In this document: in pieces, positions 14,401 to 30,400 of the stretch
Position numbering within the stretch: position 1 is the first letter of the stretch
How the letters are laid out: each line of letters starts with the position of its first letter
Made by a program: the position numbers and the translations under genes
Assembly (NCBI GenBank): GCA_964016885.1
Contig: OZ024744.1
Span: 122,078,001 to 122,142,000 of the forward strand
From: Eledone cirrhosa
Lineage: Eukaryota
DNA length: 64,000 bases
Direction: 5' to 3'
Notes under the pieces: model-generated
The model's input: only the letters and a program-made list of their open reading frames with translations
The model's database searches: none
What the model was told of the DNA's origin: nothing

Positions 14401-17400
14401 ATCCATCACTACCTCTGTTCCTCTCACCCAGTCACTTTTATCCTTCCTCAACACATGACCCAACCATCTCACACTATCTCTCTTTACAACATCCATCACT
14501 ACCTTTATTCCTCTCACCCAGTCACTTTTATCCTTCCTCAACACATGATCCAACCATCTCACACTATCTCTCCTCACAACATCCATCACTACCTCTATTC
14601 CTCTCACCCAGTCACTTTTATCCTTCCTCAACACATGACCCAACCATCTCACACGATCACTCTTCACAACATCCATCACTACCTCTATTCCTCTCACCCA
14701 GTCACTTTCATAATTCCTCAACACATGACCCAACCATCTCACACTATCTCTCTTCACGACATTCATCACTACATCTATTCCTCTCACACAGTCACTTTTA
14801 TCCTTCCTCAACACATGACCCAACCATCTCACACTATCTCTCTTCACAACATCCATCACTACCTCTATTCCTCTCACCCAGCAACTTTCATACTTCTTCA
14901 ACACATGAGCCAACCATCTCACACTATCTCCCTTTACAACATCCATCACTACCTCTATTCCTCTCACCCAGTCACATTCATACTTCCTCAACACATGACC
15001 CAACCATCTCACACTATCTCTCTTCACAACATCCATCACTACCTCTATTCCTCTCACCCAGTCACTTTTATCCTTCCTCAACATATGACCCAATCATCTC
15101 ACACTATCTCTATTCACAACATCCATCACGACCTCTATTCCTCTCACCCAGTCACTTTTATCCTTCCTCAACACATGACCCAACCATCTCAAACTATCTC
15201 TCTTCACAACATCCATCACTACCTTTATTCCTCTCACCCAGTCACTTTTATCCTTCCTCAACACATGACCCAACCATCTCACACTATCTCTCTTCACAAC
15301 ATCCATCACTAACTCTATTCCTCTCACCCAGTCACTTTTATCCTTCCTCAACACATGACCCAACCATCTCACACTATCTCTCTTCACAACATCCATCACT
15401 ACCTCTATTCCTCTCACCCAGTCACTTTCATACTTCCTCAACACATGACCCAACCATCTCACACTATCTCACTTCACAACATCCATTACTACCTCTAGTG
15501 CTCTCACCCAGTCAATTTTATCCTTCCTCAACACATGACCCAACCATCTCACACTATCTCTCTTCACAACATCCATCACTACCTCTATTCCTCTCACCCA
15601 GTCACTTTTATCCTTCCTCAACACATGACCCAACCATCTCACACTATCTCTCTTCACAACATCCATCACTACCTCTATTCCTCTCACCCAGTCACATTCA
15701 TACTTCCTCAACACATGACCCAACCATCTCACACTATCTCTCTTCACAACATCCATCACTACCTCTATTCCTCCCACCCAGTCACTTTTATCCTTCCTCA
15801 ACATATGACCCAATCATCTCACACTATCTCTATTCACAACATCCATCACGACCTCTATTCCTCTCACCCAGTCACTTTTATCCTTCCTCAACACATGACC
15901 CAACCATCTCACACTATCTCTCTTCACAACATCCATCACTACCTCTATTCCTCTTACCCAGTCATTTTTATCCTTCCTGAACACATGAACCAACCATCTC
16001 ACACTATCTCTCTTCACATCATCCATTACTACCTGTATTCCTCTCACCCAGTCACTTTCATACTTCCTCAACACATGACCCAACCATCTCACACTATCTC
16101 TCTTCACAACATCCATCACTACATCTATTCCTCTCACCCAGTCATTTTATCCTTCCTGAACACATGACCCAACCATCTCACACTATCTCTCTTCACAACA
16201 TCCATCACTACCTCTATTCCTCTCACCCAGTCACTTTTATCCTTCCTCAACACATGACCCAACCATCTCACACTATCTCTCTTCACAACATCCATCACTA
16301 CCTCTATTCCTCTCACCCAGTCACTTTTATCCTTCTTCAACACATGACCCAACCATCTCACACGATCACTCTTCACAACATCCATCACTACCTCTATTCC
16401 TCTTACCCAGTCACTTTCATACTTCCTCAACACATGACCCAACCATCTCACACTATCTCTCTTCACGACATCCATCACTACATCTATTCCTCTCACCCAG
16501 TCACTTTTATCCTTCCTCAACACATGACCCAACCATCTCACACTATCTCTCTTTACAACATCCATCACTACCTCTATTCCTCTCACCCAGTCACATTCAT
16601 ACTTCCTCAAGACATGACCCAACCATCTCACACTACCTCTCTTCACAACATCCATCACGACCTCTATTCCTCTCACCCAGTCACTTTTATCCTTCCTCAA
16701 CACATGACCCAACCATCTCACACTATCTCTCTTCACAACATCCATCACTACCTCCATTCCTCTCAGCCAGTCACATTCATACTTCCTCAAAACATGACCC
16801 AACCATCTCACACTGTCTCTCTTCACAACATCCATCACTACCTCTATTCCTCTCACCCAGTCACTTTTATCCTTCCTCAACACATGACCCAACCATCTCA
16901 CACTATCTCTCTTCACAACATCCATCACTACCTCTATTCCTCTCACCCAGTCACATTCATACTTCCTCAACACATGACCCAACCATCTCACACTATCTCT
17001 CTTCACAACATCCATCACTACCTCTATTCCTCTCACCCAGTCACTTTTATCCTTCCTCAACATATGACCCAATCATCTCACACTATCTCTATTCACAACA
17101 TCCATCACGACCTCTATTCCTCTCACCCAGTCACTTTTATCCTTCTTCAACACATGACCCAACCATCTCACACGATCACTCTTCACAACATCCATCACTA
17201 CCTCTATTCCTCTCACCCAGTCACTTTCATACTTCCTCAACACATGACCCAACCATCTCACACTATCTCTCTTCACAACATCCATCACAACCTCTATTCC
17301 TCTTACCCAGTCATTTTTATCCTTCCTGAACACATGAACCAACCATCTCACACTATCTCTCTTCACATCATCCATTACTACCTGTATTCCTCTCACCCAG

Positions 17401-18200
17401 TCACTTTCATACTTCCTCAACACATGACCCAACCATCTCACACTATCTCTCTTCACAACATCCATCACTACATCTATTCCTCTCACCCAGTCATTTTATC
17501 CTTCCTGAACACATGACCCAACCATCTCACACTATCTCTCTTCACAACATCCATCACTACCTCTATTCCTCTCACCCAGTCACTTTTATCCTTCCTCAAC
17601 ACATGACCCAACCATCTCACACTATCTCTCTTCACAACATCCATCACTACCTCTATTCCTCTCACCCAGTCACTTTTATCCTTCTTCAACACATGACCCA
17701 ACCATCTCACACGATCACTCTTCACAACATCCATCACTACCTCTATTCCTCTTACCCAGTCACTTTCATACTTCCTCAACACATGACCCAACCATCTCAC
17801 ACTATCTCTCTTCACGACATCCATCACTACATCTATTCCTCTCACCCAGTCACTTTTATCCTTCCTCAACACATGACCCAACCATCTCACACTATCTCTC
17901 TTTACAACATCCATCACTACCTCTATTCCTCTCACCCAGTCACATTCATACTTCCTCAAGACATGACCCAACCATCTCACACTACCTCTCTTCACAACAT
18001 CCATCACGACCTCTATTCCTCTCACCCAGTCACTTTTATCCTTCCTCAACACATGACCCAACCATCTCACACTATCTCTCTTCACAACATCCATCACTAC
18101 CTCCATTCCTCTCAGCCAGTCACATTCATACTTCCTCAAAACATCACCCAACCATCTCACACTGTCTCTCTTCACAACATCCATCACTACCTCTATTCCT
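5500..18200. repeat. Higher-order repeat, ~3 copies of a ~4.4-4.9-kb unit (about 47-54 monomers); edges approximate
   Basis: The rare cactaac variant ends ORFs at 6228, 10635 and 15312. ORF offsets: 7140/11547 (4407), 8489/13346 (4857), 10792/15469 (4677), 11547/16134 (4587). Confidence 0.85.
12036..12980. repeat. 450-bp (5-monomer) internal duplication within the second HOR copy; edges approximate
   Basis: The catatgacccaatc marker occurs at ~12475 and ~12925, and the HOR offset changes from 4407 to 4857. Confidence 0.8.
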
Positions 18201-20219
18201 CTAACCCAGTCACATTCATACTTCCTCAACACATGACCCAACCATCTCACACTATCTCTCTTCACAACATCCATCACTACCTCTATTCCTCTCACCCAGT
18301 CACTTTTATCCTTCCTCAACATATGACCCAATCATCTCACACTATCTCTCTTCACAACATCCATTACTACCTCTATTGCTCTCACCCAGTCACTTTTATC
18401 CTTCCTCAACACATAACCCAACCATCTCACGCTATCTCTCTTCACAACATCCATCACTACCTCTATTCCTCTCACCCAGTCACTTTCATACTTCCTCAAC
18501 ACATGACCCAACCATCTCACACTATCTCTCTTCACAACATCCATCACTACCTCTGTTCCTCTCACCCAGTCACTTTTATCCTTCCTCAACACATGACCCA
18601 ACCATCTCACACTATCTCTCTTTACAACATCCATCACTACCTTTATTCCTCTCACCCAGTCACTTTTATCCTTCCTCAACACATGATCCAACCATCTCAC
18701 ACTATCTCTCCTCACAACATCCATCACTACCTCTATTCCTCTCACCCCGTCACTTTTATCCTTCCTCAACACATGACCCAACCATCTCACACTATCTCTC
18801 TTCACAACATCCATCACTACCTCCATTCCTCTCAGCCAGTCACATTCATACTTCTTCAACACATGACCCAACCATCTCACACTATCTCTCTTCACAACAT
18901 CCATCACAACCTCTATTCCTCTTACCCAGTCACTTTTATCCTTTCTGAACACATGAACCAACCATCTCACACTATCACTCTTCACATCATCCATTACTAC
19001 CTGTATTCCTCTCACCCAGTCACTTTCATACTTCCACAACACATGACCCAACCATCTCACACTATCTCACTTCACAACATCCATTACTACCCCTATTGCT
19101 CTCACCCAGTCACTTTTATCCTTCCTCAACACATGACCCAACCATCTCACACTATCTCTCTTCACAACATCCATCACTACCTCTATTCCTCTCACCCAGT
19201 CACATTCATACTTCCTCAACACATGACCCAACCATCTCACACTGTCTCTCTTCACAACATCCATCACTACCTCTATTCCTCTCACCCAGTCACTTTTATC
19301 CTTCCTCAACACATGACCCAACCATCTCACACTATCTCTCTTCACAACATCCATCACTACCTCTATTCCTCTCACCCAGTCACTTTTATCCTTCTTCAAC
19401 ACATGACCCAACTATCTCACACGATCACTCTTCACAACATCCATCACTACCTCTATTCCTCTCACCCAGTCACTTTCATACTTCCTCAACACATGACCCA
19501 ACCATCTCACACTATCTCTCTTCACAACATCCATCACAACCTCTATTCCTCTTACCCAGTCATTTTTATCCTTCCTGAACACATGAACCAACCATCTCAC
19601 ACTATCTCTCTTCACATCATCCATTACTACCTGTATTCCTCTCACCCAGTCACTTTCATACTTCCTCAACACATGACCCAACCATCTCACACTATCTCTC
19701 TTCACAACATCCATCACTACATCTATTCCCCTCACCCAGTCATTTTATCCTTCCTGAACACATGACCCAACCATCTCACACTATCTCTCTTCACAACATC
19801 CATCACTACCTCTATTCCTCTCACCCAGTCACTTTTATCCTTCCTCAACACATGACCCAACCATCTCACACTATCTCTCTTCACAACATCCATCACTACC
19901 TCTATTCCTCTCACCCAGTCACTTTTATCCTTCTTCAACACATGACCCAACCATCTCACACGATCACTCTTCACAACATCCATCACTACCTTTATTCCTC
20001 TCACACAGTCACTTTCATACTTCCTCAACACATGACCCAACCATCTCACACTATCTCTCTTCACGACATCCATCACTACATCTATTCCTCTCACCCAGTC
20101 ACTTTTATCCTTCCTCAACACATGACCCAACCATCTCACACTATCTCTCTTTACAACATCCATCACTACCTCTATTCCTCTCACCCAGTCACATTCATAC
20201 TTCCTCAAGACATGACCCA

Positions 20220-21450
20220 ACCATCTCACACTACCTCTCTTCACAACATCCATCACGACCTCTATTCCTCTCACCCAGTCACTTTTATCCTTCCTCAACA
20301 CATGACCCAACCATCTCACACTATCTCTCTTCACAACATCCATCACTACCTCCATTCCTCTCAGCCAGTCACATTCATACTTCCTCAAAACATGACCCAA
20401 CCATCTCACACTGTCTCTCTTCACAACATCCATCACTACCTCTATTCCTCTCACCCAGTCACATTCATACTTCCTCAACACATGACCCAACCATCTCACA
20501 CTATCTCTCTTCACAACATCCATCACTACCTCTATTCCTCTCACCCAGTCACTTTTATCCTTCCTCAACATATGACCCAATCATCTCACACTATCTCTAT
20601 TCACAACATCCATCACGACCTCTATTCCTCTCACCCAGTCACTTTTATCCTTCCTCAACACATGACCCAACCATCTCACACTATCTCTCTTCACAACATC
20701 CATCACTACCTCTATTCCTCTCACCCAGTCACATTCATACTTCCTCAAAACATGACCCAACCATCTCACACTGTCTCTCTTCACAACATCCATCACTACC
20801 TCTATTCCTCTCACCCAGTCACATTCATACTTCCTCAACACATGACCCAACCATCTCACACTACCTCTCTTCACAACATCCATCACGACCTCTATTCCTC
20901 TCACCCAGTCACTTTTATCCTTCCTCAACACATGACCCAACCATCTCACACTATCTCTCTTCACAACATCCATCACTACCTCCATTCCTCTCAGCCAGTC
21001 ACATTCATACTTCCTCAAAACATGACCCAACCATCTCACACTGTCTCTCTTCACAACATCCATCACTACCTCTATTCCTCTCACCCAGTCACATTCATAC
21101 TTCCTCAACACATGACCCAACCATCTCACACTATCTCTCTTCACAACATCCATCACTACCTCTATTCCTCTCACCCAGTCACTTTTATCCTTCCTCAACA
21201 TATGACCCAATCATCTCACACTATCTCTATTCACAACATCCATCACGACCTCTATTCCTCTCACCCAGTCACTTTTATCCTTCCTCAACACATGACCCAA
21301 CCATCTCACACTATCTCTCTTCACAACATCCATCACTACCTCTATTCCTCTCACCCAGTCACATTCATACTTCCTCAAAACATGACCCAACCATCTCACA
21401 CTGTCTCTCTTCACAACATCCATCACTACCTCTATTCCTCTCACCCAGTC
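20220..21450. repeat. 630-bp (7-monomer) tandem duplication; edges approximate
   Basis: ctacctctct occurs at 20231 and 20861; stop-containing variants fall at 20581 and 21211. Confidence 0.8.
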
Positions 21451-24400
21451 ACTTTTATACTTCCTCAACACATGACCAAACCATCTCACACTATCTCTCT
21501 TCACAACATCCATCACTACCTCTATTCCTCTCACCCTGTCACTTTTATCCTTCCTCAACACATGACCCAACCATCTCACACTATCTCTGTTCACAACATC
21601 CATCACTACCTCTATTCCTTTCACCCAGTCACTTTTATCCTTCCTCAACACATGACCCAACCATCTCACACGATCACCCTTCACAACATCCATCACTACC
21701 TCTATTCCTCTCACCCAGTCACTTTCATACTTCCTCAACACATGACCCAACCATCTCACACTATCTCTCTTCACAACATCCATCACTACCTCTATTCCTC
21801 TCACCCAGTCACTTTTATACTTCCTCAACACATGACCCAACCATCTCACACTATCTCTCTTCCCACATCCATCACTACCTTTATTCCTCTCACACAGTCA
21901 CTTTCATACTTCCTCAACACATGACCCAACCATCTCACACTATCTCTCTTCACAACATCCATTACTACCTCTATTGCTCTCACCCAGTCACTTTTATCCT
22001 TCCTCAACACATGACCCAACCATCTCACGCTATCTCTCTTCACAACATCCATCACTACCTCTATTCCTCTCACCCAGTCACTTTCATACTTCCTCAACAC
22101 ATGACCCAACCATCTCACACTATCTCTCTTCACAACATCCATCACTACCTCTGTTCCTCTCACCCAGTCACTTTTATCCTTCCTCAACACATGACCCAAC
22201 CATCTCACACTATCTCTCTTTACAACATCCATCACTACCTTTATTCCTCTCACCCAGTCACTTTTATCCTTCCTCAACACATGATCCAACCATCTCACAC
22301 TATCTCTCCTCACAACATCCATCACTACCTCTATTCCTCTCACCCCGTCACTTTTATCCTTCCTCAACACATGACCCAACCATCTCACACTATCTCTCTT
22401 CACAACATCCATCACTACCTCCATTCCTCTCAGCCAGTCACATTCATACTTCTTCAACACATGACCCAACCATCTCACACTATCTCTCTTCACAACATCC
22501 ATCACAACCTCTATTCCTCTTACCCAGTCACTTTTATCCTTTCTGAACACATGAACCAACCATCTCACACTATCACTCTTCACATCATCCATTACTACCT
22601 GTATTCCTCTCACCCAGTCACTTTCATACTTCCACAACACATGACCCAACCATCTCACACTATCTCACTTCACAACATCCATTAATACCCCTATTGCTCT
22701 CACCCAGTCACTTTTATCCTTCCTCAACACATGACCCAACCATCTCACACTATCTCTCTTCACAACATCCATCACTACCTCTATTCCTCTCACCCAGTCA
22801 CATTCATACTTCCTCAACACATGACCCAACCATCTCACACTGTCTCTCTTCACAACATCCATCACTACCTCTATTCCTCTCACCCAGTCACTTTTATCCT
22901 TCCTCAACACATGACCCAACCATCTCACACTATCTCTCTTCACAACATCCATCACTACCTCTATTCCTCTCACCCAGTCACTTTTATCCTTCTTCAACAC
23001 ATGACCCAACCATCTCACACGATCACTCTTCACAACATCCATCACTACCTCTATTCCTCTCACCCAGTCACTTTCATACTTCCTCAACACATGACCCAAC
23101 CATCTCACACTATCTCTCTTCACAACATCCATCACAACCTCTATTCCTCTTACCCAGTCATTTTTATCCTTCCTGAACACATGAACCAACCATCTCACAC
23201 TATCTCTCTTCACATCATCCATTACTACCTGTATTCCTCTCACCCAGTCACTTTCATACTTCCTCAACACATGACCCAACCATCTCACACTATCTCTCTT
23301 CACAACATCCATCACTACATCTATTCCTCTCACCCAGTCATTTTATCCTTCCTGAACACATGACCCAACCATCTCACACTATCTCTCTTCACAACATCCA
23401 TCACTACCTCTATTCCTCTCACCCAGTCACTTTTATCCTTCTTCAACACATGACCCAACCATCTCACACGATCACTCTTCACAACATCCATCACTACCTC
23501 TATTCCTCTTACCCAGTCACTTTCATACTTCCTCAACACATGACCCAACCATCTCACACTATCTCTCTTCACGACATCCATCACTACATCTATTCCTCTC
23601 ACCCAGTCACTTTTATCCTTCCTCAACACATGACCCAACCATCTCACACTATCTCTCTTTACAACATCCATCACTACCTCTATTCCTCTCACCCAGTCAC
23701 ATTCATACTTCCTCAAGACATGACCCAACCATCTCACACTACCTCTCTTCACAACATCCATCACGACCTCTATTCCTCTCACCCAGTCACTTTTATCCTT
23801 CCTCAACACATGACCCAACCATCTCACACTATCTCTCTTCACAACATCCATCACTACCTCCATTCCTCTCAGCCAGTCACATTCATACTTCCTCAACACA
23901 TGACCCAACCATCTCACACTATCTCTCTTCACAACATCCATCACTACCTCTGTTCCTCTTACCCAGTCAAGTTTATCCTTCCTGAACACATGACCCAACC
24001 ATCTCACACTATCTCTCTTCACAACATCCATCACTACCTCTATTCCTCTCACCCAGTCACTTTTATCCTTCTTCAACACATGACCCAACCATCTCACACG
24101 ATCACTCTTCACAACATCCATCACTACCTCTATTCCTCTTACCCAGTCACTTTCATACTTCCTCAACACATGACCCAACCATCTCACACTATCTCTCTTC
24201 ACGACATCCATCACTACATCTATTCCTCTCACCCAGTCACTTTTATCCTTCCTCAACACATGACCCAACCATCTCACACTATCTCTCTTCACAACATCCA
24301 TCACTACCTCTATTCCTCTCACCCAGTCTCTTTCATACTTCTTCAACACATGAGCCAACCGTCTCACACTATCTCCCTTTACAACATCCATCATTACCTC

Positions 24401-27400
24401 TATTCCTCTCACCCAGTCACATTCATACTTCCTCAAGACATGACCCAACCATCTCACACTACCTCTCTTCACAACATCCATCACGACCTCTATTCCTCTC
24501 ACCCAGTCACTTTTATCCTTCCTCAACACATGACCCAACCATCTCACACTATCTCTCTTCACAACATCCATCACTACCTCTGTTCCTCTTACCCAGTCAA
24601 GTTTATCCTTCCTGAACACATGACCCAACCATCTCACACTATCTCTCTTCACAACATCCATTACTACCTGTATTCCTCTCACCCAGTCACTTTCATACTT
24701 CCTCAACACATGACCCAACCATCTCACACTATCTCACTTCACAACATCCATTACTACCTCTATTCCTCTCACCCAGTCACTTTTATCCTTCCTCAACACA
24801 TGACCCAACCATCTCACACTATCTCTCTTCACAACATTCATCACTACCTCTATTCCTCTAACCCAGTCACTTTTATCCTTCCTCAACACATGACCCAACC
24901 ATCTCACACGATCACTCTTCACAACATCCATCACTACCTCTATTCCTCTCACCCAGTCATTTTCATAATTCCTCAACACATGACCCAACCATCTGACACT
25001 ATCTCTCTTCACGACATTCATCACTACATCTATTCCTCTCACCCAGTCACTTTTATCCTTCCTCAACACATGACCCAACCATCTCACACTATCTCTCTTC
25101 ACAACATCCATCACTACCTCTATTCCTCTCACCCAGTCACTTTCATACTTCTTCAACACATGAGCCAACCATCTCACACTATCTCCCTTTACAACATCCA
25201 TCACTACCTCTATTCCTCTCACCCAGTCACATTCATACTTCCTCAACACATGACCCAACCATCTCACACTATCTCTCTTCACAACATCCATCACTACCTC
25301 TATTCCTCTCACCCAGTCACTTTTATCCTTCCTCAACATATGACCCAATCATCTCACACTATCTCTATTCACAACATCCATCACGACCTCTATTCCTCTC
25401 ACCCAGTCACTTTTATCCTTCCTCAACACATGACCCAACCATCTCAAACTATCTCTCTTCACAACATCCATCACTACCTCTATTCCTCTCACCCAGTCAC
25501 TTTTATCCTTCCTCAACACATGACCCAACCATCTCACACTATCTCTCTTCACAACATCCATCACTACCTCTATTCCTCTCACCCAGTCACTTTTATCCTT
25601 CCTCAACACATGACCCAACCATCTCACACTATCTCTCTTCACAACATCCATCACTACCTCTATTCCTCTCACCCAGTCACTTTCATACTTCCTCAACACA
25701 TGACCCAACCATCTCACACTATCTCACTTCACAACATCCATTACTACCTCTATTCTTCTCACCCAGACACTTTTATCCTGCCTCAACACATGACCCAACC
25801 ATCTCACACTATCTCTCTTCACAACATCCATTACTACCTGTATTCCTCTCACACATTCACTTTCATACTTCCTCAACACATGACCCAACCATCTCACACT
25901 ATCTCACTTCACAACATCCATTACTACCTCTAGTGCTCTCACCCAGTCAATTTTATCCTTCCTCAACACATGACCCAACCATCTCACACTATCTCTCTTC
26001 ACAACATCCATCACTACCTCTATTCCTCTCACCCAGTCACATTCATACTTCCTCAAAACATGACCCAACCATCTCACACTGTCTCTCTTCACAACATCCA
26101 TCACTACCTCTATTCCTCTCACCCAGTCACTTTTATACTTCCTCAACACATGACCTAACCATCTCACACTATCTCTCTTCACAACATCCATCACTACCTC
26201 TATTCCTCTCATCCAGTCACTTTTATCCTTCCTCAACACATGACCAAACCATCTCACACTATCTCTCTTCACAACATCCATCACTACCTCTATTCCTCTC
26301 ACCCTGTCACTTTTATCCTTCCTGAACACATGACCCAACCATCTCACACTATCTCTGTTCACAACATCCATCACTACCTCTATTCCTTTCACCCAGTCAC
26401 TTTTATCCTTCCTCAACACATGACCAAACCATCTCACACTATCTCTCTTCACAACATCCATCACTACCTCTATTCCTCTCACCCAGTCACTTTTATCCTT
26501 CCTCAACACATGACCCAACCATCTCACACTATCTCTCTTCACAACATCCATCACTACCTCTATTCCTCTCACCCAGTCACATTCATACTTCCTCAAAACA
26601 TGACCCAACCATCTCACACTGTCTCTCTTCACAACATCCATCACTACCTCTATTCCTCTCACCCAGTCACTTTTATACTTCCTCAACACATGACCCAACC
26701 ATCTCACACTATCTCTCTTCACAACATCCATCACTACCTCTATTCCTCTCATCCAGTCACTTTTATCCTTCCTCAACACATGACCAAACCATCTCACACT
26801 ATCTCTCTTCAGAACATCCATCACTACCTCTATTCCTCTCACCCTGTCACTTTTATCCTTCCTCAACACATGACCCAACCATCTCACACTATCTCTGTTC
26901 ACAACATCCATCACTACCTCTATTCCTTTCACCCAGTCACTTTTATCCTTCCTCAACACATGACCCAACCATCTCACACGATCACCCTTCACAACATCCA
27001 TCACTACCTCTATTCCTCTCACCCAGTCACTTTCATACTTCCTCAACACATGACCCAACCATCTCACACTATCTCTCTTCACAACATCCATCACTACCTC
27101 TATTCCTCTCACCCAGTCACTTTTATACTTCCTCAACACATGACCCAACCATCTCACACTATCTCTCTTCCCACATCCATCACTACCTTTATTCCTCTCA
27201 CACAGTCACTTTCATACTTTCTCAACACATGACCCAACCATCTCACACTATCTCTCTTCACAACATCCATTACTACCTCTATTGCTCTCACCCAGTCACT
27301 TTTATCCTTCCTCAACACATGACCCAACCATCTCACGCTATCTCTCTTCACAACATCCATCACTACCTCTATTCCTCTCACCCAGTCACTTTCATACTTC

Positions 27401-30400
27401 CTCAACACATGACCCAACCATCTCACACTATCTCTCTTCACAACATCCATCACTACCTCTGTTCCTCTCACCCAGTCACTTTTATCCTTCCTCAACACAT
27501 GACCCAACCATCTCACACTATCTCTCTTTACAACATCCATCACTACCTTTATTCCTCTCACCCAGTCACTTTTATCCTTCCTCAACACATGATCCAACCA
27601 TCTCACACTATCTCTCCTCACAACATCCATCACTACCTCTATTCCTCTCACCCCGTCACTTTTATCCTTCCTCAACACATGACCCAACCATCTCACACTA
27701 TCTCTCTTCACAACATCCATCACTACCTCCATTCCTCTCAGCCAGTCACATTCATACTTCTTCAACACATGACCCAACCATCTCACACTATCTCTCTTCA
27801 CAACATCCATCACAACCTCTATTCCTCTTACCCAGTCACTTTTATCCTTTCTGAACACATGAACCAACCATCTCACACTATCACTCTTCACATCATCCAT
27901 TACTACCTGTATTCCTCTCACCCAGTCACTTTCATACTTCCACAACACATGACCCAACCATCTCACACTATCTCACTTCACAACATCCATTACTACCCCT
28001 ATTGCTCTCACCCAGTCACTTTTATCCTTCCTCAACACATGACCCAACCATCTCACACTATCTCTCTTCACAACATCCATCACTACCTCTATTCCTCTCA
28101 CCCAGTCACATTCATACTTCCTCAACACATGACCCAACCATCTCACACTGTCTCTCTTCACAACATCCATCACTACCTCTATTCCTCTCACCCAGTCACT
28201 TTTATCCTTCCTCAACACATGACCCAACCATCTCACACTATCTCTCTTCACAACATCCATCACTACCTCTATTCCTCTCACCCAGTCAATTTTATCCTTC
28301 TTCAACACATGACCCAACCATCTCACACGATCACTCTTCACAACATCCATCACTACCTCTATTCCTCTCACCCAGTCACTTTCATACTTCCTCAACACAT
28401 GACCCAACCATCTCACACTATCTCTCTTCACAACATCCATCACAACCTCTATTCCTCTTACCCAGTCATTTTTATCCTTCCTGAACACATGACCCAACCA
28501 TCTCACACTATCTCTCTTCACAACATCCATCACTACATCTATTCCTCTCACCCAGTCATTTTATCCTTCCTGAACACATGACCCAACCATCTCACACTAT
28601 CTCTCTTCACAACATCCATCACTACCTCTATTCCTCTCACCCAGTCACTTTTATCCTTCCTCAACACATGACACAACCATCTCACACTATCTCTCTTCAC
28701 AACATCCATCACTACCTCTATTCCTCTCACCCAGTCACTTTTATCCTTCTTCAACACATGACCCAACCATCTCACACGATCACTCTTCACAACATCCATC
28801 ACTACCTCTATTCCTCTTACCCAGTCACTTTCATACTTCCTCAACACATGACCCAACCATCTCACACTATCTCTCTTCACGACATCCATCACTACATCTA
28901 TTCCTCTCACCCAGTCACTTTTATCCTTCCTCAACACATGACCCAACCATCTCACACTATCTCTCTTTACAACATCCATCACTACCTCTATTCCTCTCAC
29001 CCAGTCACATTCATACTTCCTCAAGACATGACCCAACCATCTCACACTACCTCTCTTCACAACATCCATCACGACCTCTATTCCTCTCACCCAGTCACTT
29101 TTATCCTTCCTCAACACATGACCCAACCATCTCACACTATCTCTCTTCACAACATCCATCACTACCTCCATTCCTCTCAGCCAGTCACATTCATACTTCC
29201 TCAACACATGACCCAACCATCTCACACTATCTCTCTTCACAACATCCATCACTACCTCTGTTCCTCTTACCCAGTCAAGTTTATCCTTCCTGAACACATG
29301 ACCCAACCATCTCACACTATCTCTCTTCACAACATCCATCACTACCTCTATTCCTCTCACCCAGTCACTTTTATCCTTCTTCAACACATGACCCAACCAT
29401 CTCACACGATCACTCTTCACAACATCCATCACTACCTCTATTCCTCTTACCCAGTCACTTTCATACTTCCTCAACACATGACCCAACCATCTCACACTAT
29501 CTCTCTTCACGACATCCATCACTACATCTATTCCTCTCACCCAGTCACTTTTATCCTTCCTCAACACATGACCCAACCATCTCACACTATCTCTCTTTAC
29601 AACATCCATCACTACCTCTATTCCTCTCACCCAGTCACTTTCATACTTCTTCAACACATGAGCCAACCGTCTCACACTATCTCCCTTTACAACATCCATC
29701 ATTACCTCTATTCCTCTCACCCAGTCACATTCATACTTCCTCAAGACATGACCCAACCATCTCACACTACCTCTCTTCACAACATCCATCACGACCTCTA
29801 TTCCTCTCACCCAGTCACTTTTATCCTTCCTCAACACATGACCCAACCATCTCACGCTATCTCTCTTCACAACATCCATCACTACCTCCATTCCTCTCAG
29901 CCAGTCACATTCATACTTCCTCAACACATGACCCAACCATCTCACACTATCTCTCTTCACAACATCCATCACTACCTCTGTTCCTCTTACCCAGTCAAGT
30001 TTATCCTTCCTGAACACATGACCCAACCATCTCACACTATCTCTCTTCACAACATCCATTACTACCTGTATTCCTCTCACCCAGTCACTTTCATACTTCC
30101 TCAACACATGACCCAACCATCTCACACTATCTCACTTCACAACATCCATTACTACCTCTATTCCTCTCACCCAGTCACTTTTATCCTTCCTCAACACATG
30201 ACCCAACCATCTCACACTATCTCTCTTCACAACATTCATCACTACCTCTATTCCTCTAACCCAGTCACTTTTATCCTTCCTCAACACATGACCCAACCAT
30301 CTCACACGATCACTCTTCACAACATCCATCACTACCTCTATTCCTCTCACCCAGTCACTTTCATAATTCCTCAACACATGACCCAACCATCTGACACTAT

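Noticed and set aside
28548-30125. Minus-strand repeat ORFs as a functional protein or intact retrotransposon
   Set aside because: Only one 30-aa motif is repeated. There is no endonuclease or RT (YADD-type) domain, and nonsense and frameshift variants recur.
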